This document shows, one piece after another, positions 37,188 to 49,405 of a DNA stretch of 64,000 nucleotides. The position numbers were made by a program, and so were the translations under genes. The DNA comes from Heterodontus francisci (taxonomy: Eukaryota): positions 28,275,860 through 28,339,859 of the forward strand of contig NC_090407.1 in NCBI RefSeq assembly GCF_036365525.1, written 5' to 3'. Numbering within the stretch: the stretch's first letter is position 1; every line of letters starts with the position of its first letter. The notes under the pieces were generated by a model. That model searched no databases, was not told the origin of the DNA, and saw only the letters and a list, made by a program, of their open reading frames with translations.

Positions 37188-37971
37188 CTATATGTCTTTA
37201 AGAAAAGTAACAATGTTATCAACAGCCTGTTTCCCTGATGGAAAGGTCAGGTAACCATTATCGAAGAAGCTGACTATCCCGTGGAAGCCATCTTGAACAT
37301 GGTACCAGGATACTGGAACACCGTTATCTTCCAGCCTCTTTTTGAACAGCAGTCCGTCGTCCCGAAGTACATCGAACTCACACGTCAGAATGTATGCTGG
37401 CGGCAGTCTCCCAATGGCAGCATCACTGGCTAGAAGAGGGGAGAAGGTCGGCTCTAAGCTGGGCTTGACAAGGTCATAAACGTCATCGTCATGCATTAGG
37501 ACAAGACTGGGCTTGTGCCCTCTGACCTTAAACTCACTGGGGATCAGATCTGCTTTTATCCACTTCCTGTAGTTATTTTTGAGTTCCACTGGTAGGTGGT
37601 GGCCGGACAGTACATCCTCTGCCAATGACATGTCACCATTCAGATACTGCAGATAGAAGAAGATCATGCGTGTTCGAAACAGGAGTGGCACATATTGGTT
37701 TTGCTGGTAGGAGGGTAGGTTGAAATCGACCATTTGGAGGGCTGGGTAGATCATAACCTGGGCGCAGAGAGGTGGAAATTCCAAGCTCTCCTTCATGGCA
37801 GTGATTCTCAGACACACGGCGGCAGTTAGGTTGCCCCCAGCACTGTCCCCACTCACAACGATCTTGGTGCTGTCGACTCCGTAATCGTCTGCGGTCTTGA
37901 GGAGATGCAGAGTGGCGTTTAGGCAGTCTTCAAGCTGAGTAGGGTACCTGTGCTCAGGTGCAAGACGGTAC
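37188..37971 (-). CDS. AADACL4: Arylacetamide deacetylase-like 3/4, coding exon 4 (last)
   Basis: tttctccAG|G-YRLAPEHRYP...GDSAGGNL (catalytic Ser)...CEFDVLRDDG (Asp)...GFHG (His)...FLKDI-TAG; 784 bp, phase 2. Confidence 0.95.
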
Positions 37972-40589
37972 CTGGAGAAACCAGGAGGAAAACATTCGAT
38001 CAACTTGGGTTAGCTTTATTAGCAACCCTGATGAGGGGCCCTGACCCAGAGTGCAGGGCACCACCAAGGTTTAAGAAAGACTCTATACTGCTTGAGGTTG
38101 TCAAGCCAGATTTGGCAGTCAGATGCCCTGTCTGCACTGACCTGTGGCCCATGGACTACAATCCACAGAAGTGGCTTCTGTAGCAGGGAAATGGCGGGGA
38201 TGGGTAATCATCTGAGATCTGAAGGGCTGGCGGTTTTTAAATAGAGAGAGGAAAGGCAGCCGGAAAGCAGAGTGATGGATTGCGGATGCTGGCATGAGTT
38301 GCGAGCCTGAGGCTGCAGCTGTGAGGTGCTTTTCTAGGGGTGGGCATCTAGAGTGAGGGGCAAGGACACACTGAGATGAGGCTGAGAATAGGGAAGGGCA
38401 TTGCTCATGGCATTATGCAGGGAGATGCTGAAGAGACAGACAATTGTCAAAGTCACAAGGAGGAAAGGGAGAGATTCACTGGGGAATCAGAAGGGATGTG
38501 AAATGAAGGACTGAAGCCTTGCTTTAGTTCCGGGAAAAGAAATGAGCCAAATAACTGATGGGAGTTTGAAAGAAGAATTGGGAAATAGTGAGGTCAAAAT
38601 AATTAAGACCAAAGTAAGAAATAAAAAGGGTAATAAATAGTGGAAGTTAAAACTATTGGAATGGAAAAGAGCAAAGTTCAAGGAGATGAGGGATGTGACC
38701 CAAAATAATGGACAAAAAAATCAGCAAACAGGACAATGAAGCAGCAGTGGGGAATCGACAAATGTCAGATGGATAGAATACAAAATAAATATAACACAAA
38801 AATGGGTGCGTCAAAGAATAGAGCTCCATGGATAAAATAGAAAGATAGGAATTGCTAGTTGATAAAGGATCAAAGTTAATTTAGTTTGCCTTCTACCATC
38901 CAGGTAGTTACTTGTTACAACAATATAATGGAGTTACTGACCAATCATAGCAATTAGTCTCGATATAGAGAGATTAAAACTAAATAAGCGTACACAATGC
39001 GGGGCAGGGGTAAAATTAGGCCTCACACTGCTGAATAAAATGATCAAGAATATAGCAAATGTAGTGCGGGGGTGGGGGGGGGTGCGGGGTGTGTGTGTGG
39101 AGGGAGATCGGGTGGGCTAAACATGAATATGATAAAAGGTGAGCAGATAATATAAAAGCAAATAACATCTTTTAGAAGAAAGTTAAAAGTAAAAGCATTT
39201 TGAAGAGAGGATAGGATAGCTCAGGAAGAAAGGAAGGAGTGGAATTGTGGAGGATAAAGGTATGACGGAGATATTAAATAAATATTTGACATATTTTATA
39301 CTTTTACCTGCTGTAATGTGCAAGGCTACGGACCAGGTTCTGGAAGGTGGGATTAGAATGGGTGGCTAGTGTTTTCAGCTGGCGCAGACACGATGGGCTG
39401 AATGGCCTCTTTCTGTGCCAACATTTTTCTATGGTGCTATGGTTCTAAGCCTTTGTTACAAATGATGGTGGAAATGGAAATGTTGAACGTGGGACAATTG
39501 TTAGAAATAACTGTAGAAAAGGAATTGGTTCTGGATAAAGATGAGCAGAATATGACATGGATAAGTCACTGGATCGTAATGTCTGTTGAAAGAAGTGAGA
39601 GAGGAGAAAGCACGGACTCTGGCTACAATATTTCGATCTTCCTCAAGTTGTGGGACTGCAGAGTAGCCGATGCATAACCTGTGTTTGAGAAGAGAGGGAA
39701 GGATAAACTCAGGTATTAATAGAGCGGGTATTCTAATGTTGCTTATGGGCAAACTTAAAGGAATCCACTATTGAAGATAAAATGAGTGACCATTTAGAAA
39801 TGCATGGGTTGGTTGATAGATGCAAAACAAAGAGGAGGGCTAAATATGTGTTGCAGCCCTAACAGCACAGTGAGAGGGCCTTCTCCATACGGACTGCAGC
39901 AGTTCAAGATGGTGGCTCACCACCACCTTCTCAAGGGCAACTTGGCAGTGGGCAATAAATGTTGGCCTTGTCAGCAATACCCATGTCCCATCGATGAGCA
40001 ACGAGAAGCAGGAGATAATGGGGCCCAGCATGGTCTGTGTCACCAGCATTCAGGATTCACTCGTCAGCTGGAATGTTGCTAATAATTACCATTCCCAGGG
40101 AACATTAAGCAGATAGAATGTTCTGAAGAGACGGGCCTAGAGTCGCAGGCATCAGAATTGAGAACGGGTGAGGATAGGATACACAGGAAAGTAACAGGAG
40201 TGAGATAAGCTTCACACATGAATGTAAAGGGCAACGGGCTCATTTGAGAAGAGCAATGTGTTTGGCCGTAATTCCGCCACAGTTGAATAGCTTTCCAACT
40301 CTCCCAATTCTCAGAGGATAACCAGAGGGAATAAGGGCCCCTGACATGTGTTAAAATTTGACAAGCCAAACATGGGGAGGAGGGGAAAGATCAGACAGAA
40401 AACAAAGCCATCCCCTTCACTCTGGAATGAGATACAGAGTGGAGTGGCTGAAGAATTAGACTCCTCACTGGACAGTGGCTGGCCCAGGTGGTGTTGCTTT
40501 TAAAAAGCATAAGCTCAGCCCAGCATTAAGAATTTGCCAATTTTATTAAGCATCGCGTTGCCCTGTGTAAGCAGGCTGCTGATACTCAC

Positions 40590-40653
40590 TCCACAGACAC
40601 CACAACCGAGTCCGTTTCCTTGGCAATGTACCGGCACAAACACTCATAATCAT
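40590..40653 (-). CDS. AADACL4: AADACL3/4-like coding exon 3
   Basis: cctcAG|(N)DYECLCRYIAKETDSVVVSV(E)|GTGAGT; 64 bp, phase 1 to 2, joins exons 2 and 4 in frame. Not in the ORF track. Confidence 0.92.
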
Positions 40654-42381
40654 CTGAGGAGGTAATACATATTAATTACTAGGAATTCATTTTGTGTTTG
40701 TCAACATGCTGGGGAATAGAGGATATTACTTTTCAGGCATCCAATGCAAGCATCAAGCACACCCAGCATTGGTACAGCACAGGATTAGATACAGAGTAAA
40801 GCTCCCCATACACAGTCCCATCGAACACTCCCAGGGCAGTGGTGTTCCGACCGTTGTAATTATTGACTGAATCTGATGCAGGCCTCAGTTCTCAACATGC
40901 ACACCCATGAAGTGAAGCCCCGAGCTGGGAGCACTCAATCATAAAATTTACTGTTGTATACCTTAGTGTAGGGAGTGAGTCTTTGGTCAGTAGTAGCATT
41001 GCTGCCTCTGAAGGGTTCGATGTCCACTCCAAACAGCCCGGGAGAGTGGGGACCAGAATACGGTGTCCAAATACCGAGGGGACATCCAGCAAGGTGGCGG
41101 GGGGGGGCGGGGGTGGTGGTTCTCACATCTGGACGGAGTGACCACTGGCTCAAAGGTAGTGACCTCTGATTGAGTAGGGTTGGGTTCGGTAAAGGGAGAC
41201 TGAACACGAGCTCTGAATACTGGGTTGACATCCAGTGAGGGTTACTTGTGTCTGATGGGTGTTGGTGCCCTCTCCTTATTGTAAAGAGGAAGTGGGGCAT
41301 TTTACCCCTGGTTTCTGCCCACGTAGGAGAGAGTACTCTGAAGATAAAAACCATCTCAGCTGCTCCTCCCGAGTGAGTGCCTCAAAATTTTTGTGTGAGA
41401 CTTGAGTTTGGGGGAGAATACAGATGGCAGACTGACTTCAGTGCAGCCGTGTCCATGTTTACTGACTCCATGGGCTGCACAGATCTGTTACCTGGAGTCT
41501 CAGGGTGTAAACAACATGTCAGGTTTAAATCTGTGTTCCTGTTAATATATCTCAGATTGTTCTGATATAGGAATAATCTACCAATGAGTCAACAGGACTA
41601 AGAACAGCCCTTTTCAAACCTCTACTCTTGCAAAATTCAACTACAACAGACAAGTGAGTACAAACCTAAATATAATTGTGTTGCCTGGGCTTAGAGGGCT
41701 AATTGCCCAGGCTCACAGGCCTTGGCCTGTGCTTTGGACTCCTCTGATTTAGTCAGTAGTTTCCCTGGTTGGTGTACCCCAGAGACTGACTGACCAGGAG
41801 GTGCAAGGCTCAATCCCTGGCCTGTGCTGAGTTAGATGACCGTAAGCCTGAGCAATGACCTGGGGTGCTGAAAATAGCCAGGGCTAGGGAGGGGAGAATC
41901 CTTCTACTCCTGAGTTATCGTGACTCCCTAGTACGTGAGTGAGTGTGGATGGTGGTTGAGGGTTGGATCAACTTGGCCTAAAAGGCCCTTAGTCAACCAG
42001 CCTAAAGATTGAATTTCCACTGGGTGTTTTTATAAAAATAGGAAAATACTTGCATTTATATAGCACCTTCCATGCCCTCAGGACATCCCATAGTGCTCTA
42101 CAGCAATGAAACAACTGTTGAACTATACTGTCCATAAAGTGGAATTTCCTCCATTACAACAGTGATTGCAGTGTGATAATGACCAGATAATCTGTTTTAG
42201 GTGTTGGTTAAGAGATAAATATTTTCCGGGACCCCCGGGAGAACGCCCCTGCTCTTCCTCAAACTTTACCGCAACCCCCTGAGAGCAGACGGGGCCTCAG
42301 TTTAAAGCCTCGTCTGGGGGTTGGTGAAATGAGACATGTGACTGGAGCTCAGTTATCAGGGAGCATGTCTCTGACACTCAC

Positions 42382-42607
42382 TTATGCTGCCAAACACCCA
42401 GCCGCCACCGTGAAAGAACAGGATCCCTCGTCTTTTTCCTGCAGACGCTGAGCGCAGTTGGTAAACCCTCACGGGGACACCATCGAATTGCAAGTCCTGG
42501 ATGATCAGCCTGGCCTCTTCCTTGTGTTTTGTCCCGAGTACTTTTGTGCGCAGGTAGCGAATGACGGTGATCTGGGGTCCGAAGCCCAAGTTATGTGCGA
42601 TGTTTCC
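42382..42607 (-). CDS. AADACL4: AADACL3/4-like coding exon 2
   Basis: ccccAG|GNIAHNLGFGPQ...FDGVPVRVYQ...GILFFHGGGWVFGSI+A|GTGAGT; HGGG oxyanion motif; 226 bp, phase 0 to 1. Confidence 0.95.
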
Positions 42608-42640
42608 CTGGGGGTTAAAACAAGAAAAACTTGCATTTAT

Positions 42641-42960
42641 TTAGAGATACAGCTCTGAAACAGGCCCTTTGGCCCATCAAGTCTGTGCCGACCATCAACC
42701 ACCCATTTATACTAATCCTACATTAATCCCATATTCCTACCACATCCCCAACTTCCCCTACCACCTACCGATACTAGGAGCAATTTATAATGGCCAATTT
42801 ACCTATCAACCTACAAGTCTTTGGCTGTGGGAGGAAACCAGAGTACCCGGCAAAAACCCACACGGTCACAGGGAGAACTTGCAAACTCCACACAGGCAGT
42901 ACCCAGAATTGAACCAGGGTCACTGGAGCTGTGAGGCTGCTGTGCTAACCACTGTGCCAC
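42641..42960 (-). mobile_element. HE1-like V-SINE
   Basis: Paralog of 8530-8846; sits inside the tail of an older SINE/LINE ~35 bp from the exon 2 acceptor. Confidence 0.85.
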
Positions 42961-44624
42961 TATATTTATATAGCACCTTTAGCATAGCTCCCCGTGGTTA
43001 GATAGCCTCTGGCACTCACTGTCCAGACTCACAGAATGGCCGTTTGGGTGAGGTTTCGAGGAGTGAACAGTGGTCTTGGTCCATTGCTGAGCAGGAATCT
43101 CTGCCCCTCCCCCCACCCCACTCCCAATCCTCCGGAGTCAAGGGGAGAAAATTGGAGGGAAAAATAAATTAACCACAAATTAAAAAGCATATATTTTCTG
43201 CCGCAACATGTAGAAACAAAGAAATTTCAAGGCTGGAAGAGACCACCAGTACATCTTGTTTACCCTCCTTGTGCCCTAGAAGTTGCATTTAATAATATTG
43301 TTTCCTTCAAGGTACTTGAATTTGATCCTGAACAGATCTAAGATCTTTGCCCCTACAGCCTCCCTCGAGAAGCTGTTGCAGTAACTGATCACCCTCTCAG
43401 TAAAATCTCTCGGTGTCCTTACTGAATCTATCTGTTTTCCGCTCAACCTCATGCCACTCACGTCCTGCTGTCTTGTGATGATCTGAATACCCCTTGATGA
43501 GTCTGTTCCTCCTTGAATCTTATTTGTTTGATTGTTTCAGTCCTATCCCTTAATCTCATCGCCAGCAAGGGGCGCCTCACTTCTGTGCGTCTGCCTTCAC
43601 GTGATAGATTCTCTTGTCCTCTTATCATTCATGAAAGTTCTTTACTGCACTTTCTCCAGTTCAGCTATGTCCTTGTGTAGTGTAGCAGATACCCTCATGA
43701 GGATCTAACCAGTGATCCATCTCCTGACAAGATGACTTCCTTTGATCTACTCTCTGTCTCTGTGGAGTAAGGAACAGATCAGGGGGCTCTAAAAGGAGTT
43801 ATTCCATTTTCATTCAGGTTCTGGCGTACGCACACCATTGTGTGACGACATGCTTCGCTGCTTTTCCCCCTTGACTGGGCTCTCAGACATATTTGACTTT
43901 GGTTCTGTTGACCTGTCCTGTCGCGGCCGTACAAAACACTCCTATTGTACTGTGACCTTGAACAAACAGTGAAGCCTTTACTTCTGCTCATTCTGTTTAA
44001 AGATCGTGCACCAGCGTGTTGGAGAACTGAGTGTGGAAACAGTCAGTTAATGGAGACCTGTGGGGGTGACAGGACATTTGACCCTTTAATTAATTGAGTA
44101 CATCACAATAAAACTGAACAGTGAATCTTATTGAAGGGAATAATCACTGCAGCTCTCCCTGTAGTTCAGTGGATGTAGGCATACCTGATATGTAATTAAA
44201 CTGGAGAGGTCACAATGTCTCGGTTCAGACTCCAAGTCTGTGTTGATTTAACTAATCTCAGTAAACTGTGACAATTTGCGTCAATGTCTCTAGGTTAGGA
44301 AGGGAGGAAAAAAACCCAATCAGGGAGGATTCCTGCTCCAAACCCCTCTGGAAACTGCACGTGTGAAGGACAGGATCAGTTTCACATATGATGGTCTCCA
44401 CAGTCGAATAGCTTGCTGACACGGTGGCTGGAATCCTGCCCCTTAGGTGAAGTAGTGGAGAGCTACGGCTTGACTACACAGGGGTGGGTTGGAGGTGGGT
44501 GGTGTCTCCAGGCCTGGTCAGTAAAGTGTGATATTAATGGATAAAATTTCCAATTCTGCACCTGCTGCTCAGAGCCTCATCCATTGGGAGCACATGACAA
44601 AAACTGCACATGTGATTTACAATT

Positions 44625-45372
44625 GGGCCACAACTTGCTGAAAAAAAATAACAGTGTGTTAATGGCGCACGTCTTTACTCACGTGCAGAACGGCTGCAAG
44701 TAAGAAGAGATATGGCATGAGTTCAGAATCTCTCGAACTTGCTGCTCAATTTACATTGCTCTGGTGTTTGTTTCATCCCGGCAGCATCTTGACCTTAGCC
44801 TCCCCATTATTTTGAACAACTTGCTAGATTTGCTCATTAATTGCCCATTAAACTCTCAACAAAAAGTTAAATCTGATCATTAAGAGCATACCTTTTTAAT
44901 GACACATTACTTGTTAATGCGGTGCCAATCAACCTCTCTGGCCCAGACTGGGAACAATTGAAAGTGTTCAATCTCATTCCTTCAGGTTGTGAATTGTCGT
45001 TGGAGATTTCAAAAAAATGTCATGTTTTTAAAATGTTTACATTTTTCTCTTACTTTTCCTCTCTTTGTTTTCTCTCTCTCTAAATCTAATCTTTCTTTCC
45101 CCCTCTCTGTGTCTCTTTCTGTATGTGAATTGACACTAATTCACCCTCTTTCACAGTCTATTTCTCAATTCTTAAATTTTACTGGTTAAGGAGATTGACT
45201 GTTGATCCTGCCATTCACTAAAGTCTTAGATGCCCGGTTGCTTTTACTGCGCTGTTATCAACTCGCACTTCCTGAAGTTAGGGCATAAACTTTTTTGACC
45301 TGAAGTATGGTAGATAAATTCGACTGAACAGCGCACATTGGGAGAGGTCCTGCTCGAGCGAAGATACAGCCC
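44625..45372. mobile_element. Non-autonomous DNA transposon (Harbinger-like MITE) in AADACL intron 1
   Basis: Imperfect TIRs GGGCCACAACTTGCT / AGCGAAGATACAGCCC; 3-bp TSD ATT on both sides. Confidence 0.55.
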
Positions 45373-45598
45373 ATTGTGCACTCCCAGCAAGTGAGGCTCC
45401 ACACTGGGAATGTGCAATCAGAAAACGTATCCTTTAAATCTCAGAGTGGGATTTGCCTTTAAGAGCCCAGTCTGGATGAAATGCACTTGTGCCCTCAAAA
45501 GACATGAATGATTAATCGACTGTGTTGGTCGAGCTTTGTATCATGAACCCGCGCCCTTCTCGTTTGCAGAGTTTTCAAACTCTGACTGTATTTCTTAC

Positions 45599-45775
45599 CA
45601 GTGTGCCGATTGCCACGTTCATCCCGTGAATGAGCCTGAGTTTACCTGGCCCCTGGATACCTGGCGGCAGAACTGAGTCAGTGAACACAGAGTAAATTAC
45701 CCCTGAAACCAGCAGCACAAACAAGCCCACCACAAGAGCCACTGTCATTGCCAAAGTCCAAAGCATCAGATCCAT
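45599..45775 (-). CDS. AADACL4: AADACL3/4-like coding exon 1 (signal anchor); the four exons total 1251 nt = 416 aa
   Basis: ATG at 45775 (ATCATGG); MDLMLWTLAMTVALVVGLFVLLVSGVIY hydrophobic anchor, then LPPGIQGPGKLRLIH...GTL|GTAAGA; 177 bp, phase 0. AADACL3 vs AADACL4 orthology is unresolved. Confidence 0.9.
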
Positions 45776-45970
45776 GATAAGGTTTCTGTAAATAAGCCTT
45801 CCAACGGCCTCAGGAAGCTTCCAGACTGACCACACCCTGTCTCCTGTCTGATTGTTCTCTACACTGCTCAGTGGCCTTGGTGCCGTTGAGAATTGGGGAA
45901 GAGGAAATACCTCACAGTGAACTCAGGAAGTGGAAGTGCCTTGTGTAATTGTGTGTTTCATAGAATCATT

Positions 45971-46580
45971 GGCTGGAATTTTATGCCCCCAGGAGTGGGC
46001 TGGGGGTGGCAGTGGGGCATAAAATTGAGTGGGAGGTGGGGGAGAGGGCCGTGCCCATCGCCTTCCCGTCCCCACTGCTATTTTACCAGCGGCAAAGGAG
46101 GTGGCAAATGGCCTGCCCGCCCCAGGCCAATTGATGCCCTTAAATAGCCAATTAATTGCCACAAGGGCTTCCTAGGTTGGTCACTTTAGCACCTTAGGAG
46201 GCCGCCCAGTAAAACCTGATGACCTCTTTGCAGTCTAGGGGGGAGCCCTCCTGATCGGGCACCCTGTACCCAACAGAGAGCCCCCCCAGCAGCATTGGCC
46301 GCCCCCGCTAAAACTACCCCCCCCCCCCCACTGCTCTCCAATTCCCAACCCCCTTGCCGGGGCCCAGCCGATAGTCCCCAGCGAGGCCTGAACCCCACTT
46401 ACCTTCCTGAAGGGCGGCGTCCATCGTTCTCTTCTGGCTGGGTGCAGTCCCAGCAGTGGCCACAATTCCCAGTGGCACTGCTGGGACTGAGGAGCTTCCA
46501 GCCTGCAGATTAGCCAGCAGCTCTTGGAGGCGGGACTTCCTGCCTCAGAGGGGCAGAAGTCCCTACCAAGGCCAATTAAG
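45971..46580. mobile_element. GC-rich MITE-like element in the AADACL upstream region
   Basis: Abrupt GC/CpG-rich block starting GGCTGGAATTTTA, with repeated GGCCAATT(A/G)A motifs; far end not resolved. Confidence 0.45.
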
Positions 46581-47128
46581 GACCAGAGCCACATGTGTTG
46601 GGCTTTTGTGTGTGTGTCTGTGGTTTGTGTGTAATGCTTTTATGACTTCAATGAAAATAAAATTGGGGAGAGATGTACATCAGGCTGCTGACTCACTATC
46701 ACCAGTTTTACACTATCACACAAAATTGAGATCTACCTGGTTCTACAAAACACTGGCCTTGAAATTTGGCCGCATGAGGCTGGTTTCTCGGGCACTAGCT
46801 GGCCTACTAAAGTTCCAATATGGTGGGCAGGAAGTGGATATTTTTCTGCATGGAGGTGCACATGACGCCATATTGGATACAGTGGTAGCGGTGGCATTAG
46901 GAGCGCATTTTGGGTTCATTTAAATAGGGGAATAATTAATTCAAATTTGGATCCTACACTTCTTACAGAACCCACTTTCCGTTTTCAATTGTCCACGTGC
47001 TTCACTTGCCATGTGTTGAACTCACTCAGCTCAATGTGGCGCTAACCGGCTGGAAGGACCCCTCACCGGCCCTATTTAATGGAATCACACTGTACTTATA
47101 AGAAAGGCTGCGTTCGCTGACAATGCAA

Positions 47129-47142
47129 CCACTAGGTGGCGC
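47129..47142 (+). promoter_or_regulatory. CTCF core motif
   Basis: CCACTAGGTGGCGC fits CCASYAGRKGGCRS. Confidence 0.5.
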
Positions 47143-48149
47143 AGCACTAGCACGTGCACAAATGTAGCCTCTTCCACTGAAACGTCACCGTCTGCGATGT
47201 TCAGGCAGCTGCTACAGAAAAACAACTTCAAAAATCCCCTCAAAGGTTGCCATCACCACCTCCATCCCACCCCCAACAGTCCCCTGCTCCATTGCTTCAT
47301 TTGTATCATTTCTTGGATGTGTCCTCCTCAACTGTTTTGATTTTTATTGACAAAGACAGAGCTCTGGTTTGATACTGCTCCTCGCTTCCCCCACCCCTCA
47401 CACCCCTCACACTCCGGCCGATCGAACTGTCCCAGATTAATGTCATCACATTGAAACGGTCCTTCACTGAGAGTCATAGCGGACGGTGTGAGCTGAAAGA
47501 TTGCAGAGAGTTCAACAGGGGAAAGAGCCTTAAATTTGGAACATTGTCCACCTCACTCTCTGTTTCCTGGAGTCTAGGAATAATAATGTGCCTGCTTCTG
47601 ATACAATATCAGTGAGAGATGAGGCCGTCTGTCTCCCAGGGGGGATCTTTCAAGATAAAATGAGACTTCCAGGTCAGCCTGCAACTGATGATGCGGATCT
47701 CTCTCTGTCTCAGGTTCCCCCACCACCCGCTCTCTGACCACTCTGTCTTTCTCAGCCTTGAATGACCCAGCCTCCACTGCTCTCTGGGGGGGAGAATTCC
47801 AAAGATTCACAACCCTCTGAGTCAAGAAATTCCACCTCATCCCCATCTTAAATGGGTGAGCCTTTATTCTGAAACTATGCCCCCTAGATCCCCCCACAAG
47901 GGGATTACAGTTTAGTTGCTGGTTTATCATTTCAGACAGCTGGTTAATGTCTGGACATTTCTTGATGTGTTTTATCACTCTGGAAAGTTCGTTTTGCACA
48001 GAGGAAGATTTTGTGGGTGCTGCACTGTTTCTGCTGCCTCAGAAACACCCTGGCTGCAGTCATGAGCGGGTCTCATAGAGTAACCTTCAGGGCTGGAGGA
48101 TGAGGAGAAGCAGCGAGGAAGATACCACAGGGCAGAGCCAGCTGCGAGA

Positions 48150-49405
48150 AGAGGGAGGAGAAAGCGGGCAGTGCCCAGGAGGTCATACCCACAGCTCGTT
48201 TCAGGGAGCACCTCTTCCACATTAACATGACTCGGTCGCAATCTTACAGGTGCCTTTGCTTCACCGGCACCGAGCGATGTCACCTGCTGCAGCCACAACC
48301 TGAGCCTCAAACCAGGGCACGGACAACACTGTCTGTGGCTGTTAAAGTCACCGTTGCCACAGGTTCCTTTCAGGCTGCAGCTGGTGATATCCCAGTTTGC
48401 AGAGCACCAAGTCTCTCTACACTAGAAACACCTACATCTCCTTCACGATGGACAGAGCGCGGATGAGAGGGCACTCGGCTTCCGCTGGATGGCAGGCTTC
48501 CCCAAGGTGCCATAGACTGCACTCATTGCCTTGCACGCTCCCCATCACCAGCCTGGCCTCTTTACCAATCAAAAAGGATTCCCCTCCCTTAATGTTTGTG
48601 ACCACAGGCACTGTTTCATGTAGTTCTGTGCCCACTATCCTGGCAGCAGTCATGACTCCTCCGTCATGTGCCAGTCCTCTGCCCTGACTTTATTCCAACC
48701 AGGCTGCCAAGTTAAAGGCTGGCGATTGGACAACAGGGTCTGTCTCTTCGGACATGGCTCAGGACTGCTGTCAGGAACCCATGTGCTAAATGCAGGGCAG
48801 GCCGACGATGAGAACGACGCTGAGCTTGGACAGGTCAACAGAACTGAGAGTCAAATACCTCTCAGAACCAGTCAAGGGGGAGGGTTGTGAAGTGTGCCAC
48901 TGAGCAATGCTGTGCTTATGCTCGAATCTCAGTCCTCCTTCCAAAAGCCCCTTATTATTCAGAGGCACAAAGAATTGCAGATCAATGAAGTAATCCTGCC
49001 ATTGGAAAGCACATTGGTTAGGTCTCCACTCGCTTGTGCTCAGTAGGTAGCATTCTCACCTCTGAGTCAGAAGGTTCAACTCCACTCCAGGAACTTGAGC
49101 ACAAAACCTAGGCTCACCTGCCAGTGCTGCACTATTGGAGGTGACATGATAAGCTAAGGACCCTGTCTGCCCCTCTCAGGTGGATGAGAGTCATGCTGCC
49201 AAGTGAAACATCATCAAACAAACCATCAACATGTTGGAGATAGGCTTCTGCAGCCTGACCTGCTCAAGAGGAACTTGAAGTTCATCCCTGAGCAGGAATC
49301 CAGGTTTGTGTTGGTCTGCTGCATGTACCTGGGCATTGGGAGGAGAGAGAGTGACCGTAACAGCCAGAGCTGTCAGAGAGCAGCTCATCAAGAAATACTT
49401 CACCG
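48150..49405 (+). pseudogene. Fossil PIF/Harbinger (HARBI1-like) DDE transposase, interrupted by a SINE fragment (~49030-49190)
   Basis: Ordered frameshifted motifs: LSVAVKVTVA/TGSFQ, YISF, MAGFPKV, GAIDCTH (48506-48526), KGFPSLN, HYPGSSHDS (48633-48659), KGWRLDN, IIKQTINMLEIGFCSL, PEQESRFVLVCCM, AVREQLIKKYF. Confidence 0.85.

Noticed and set aside
37972-38003. ORF-track N-terminus MIECFPPGFSR for the esterase
   Set aside because: It is intronic; the exon starts at 37971 after tttctccAG, in phase with exon 3.
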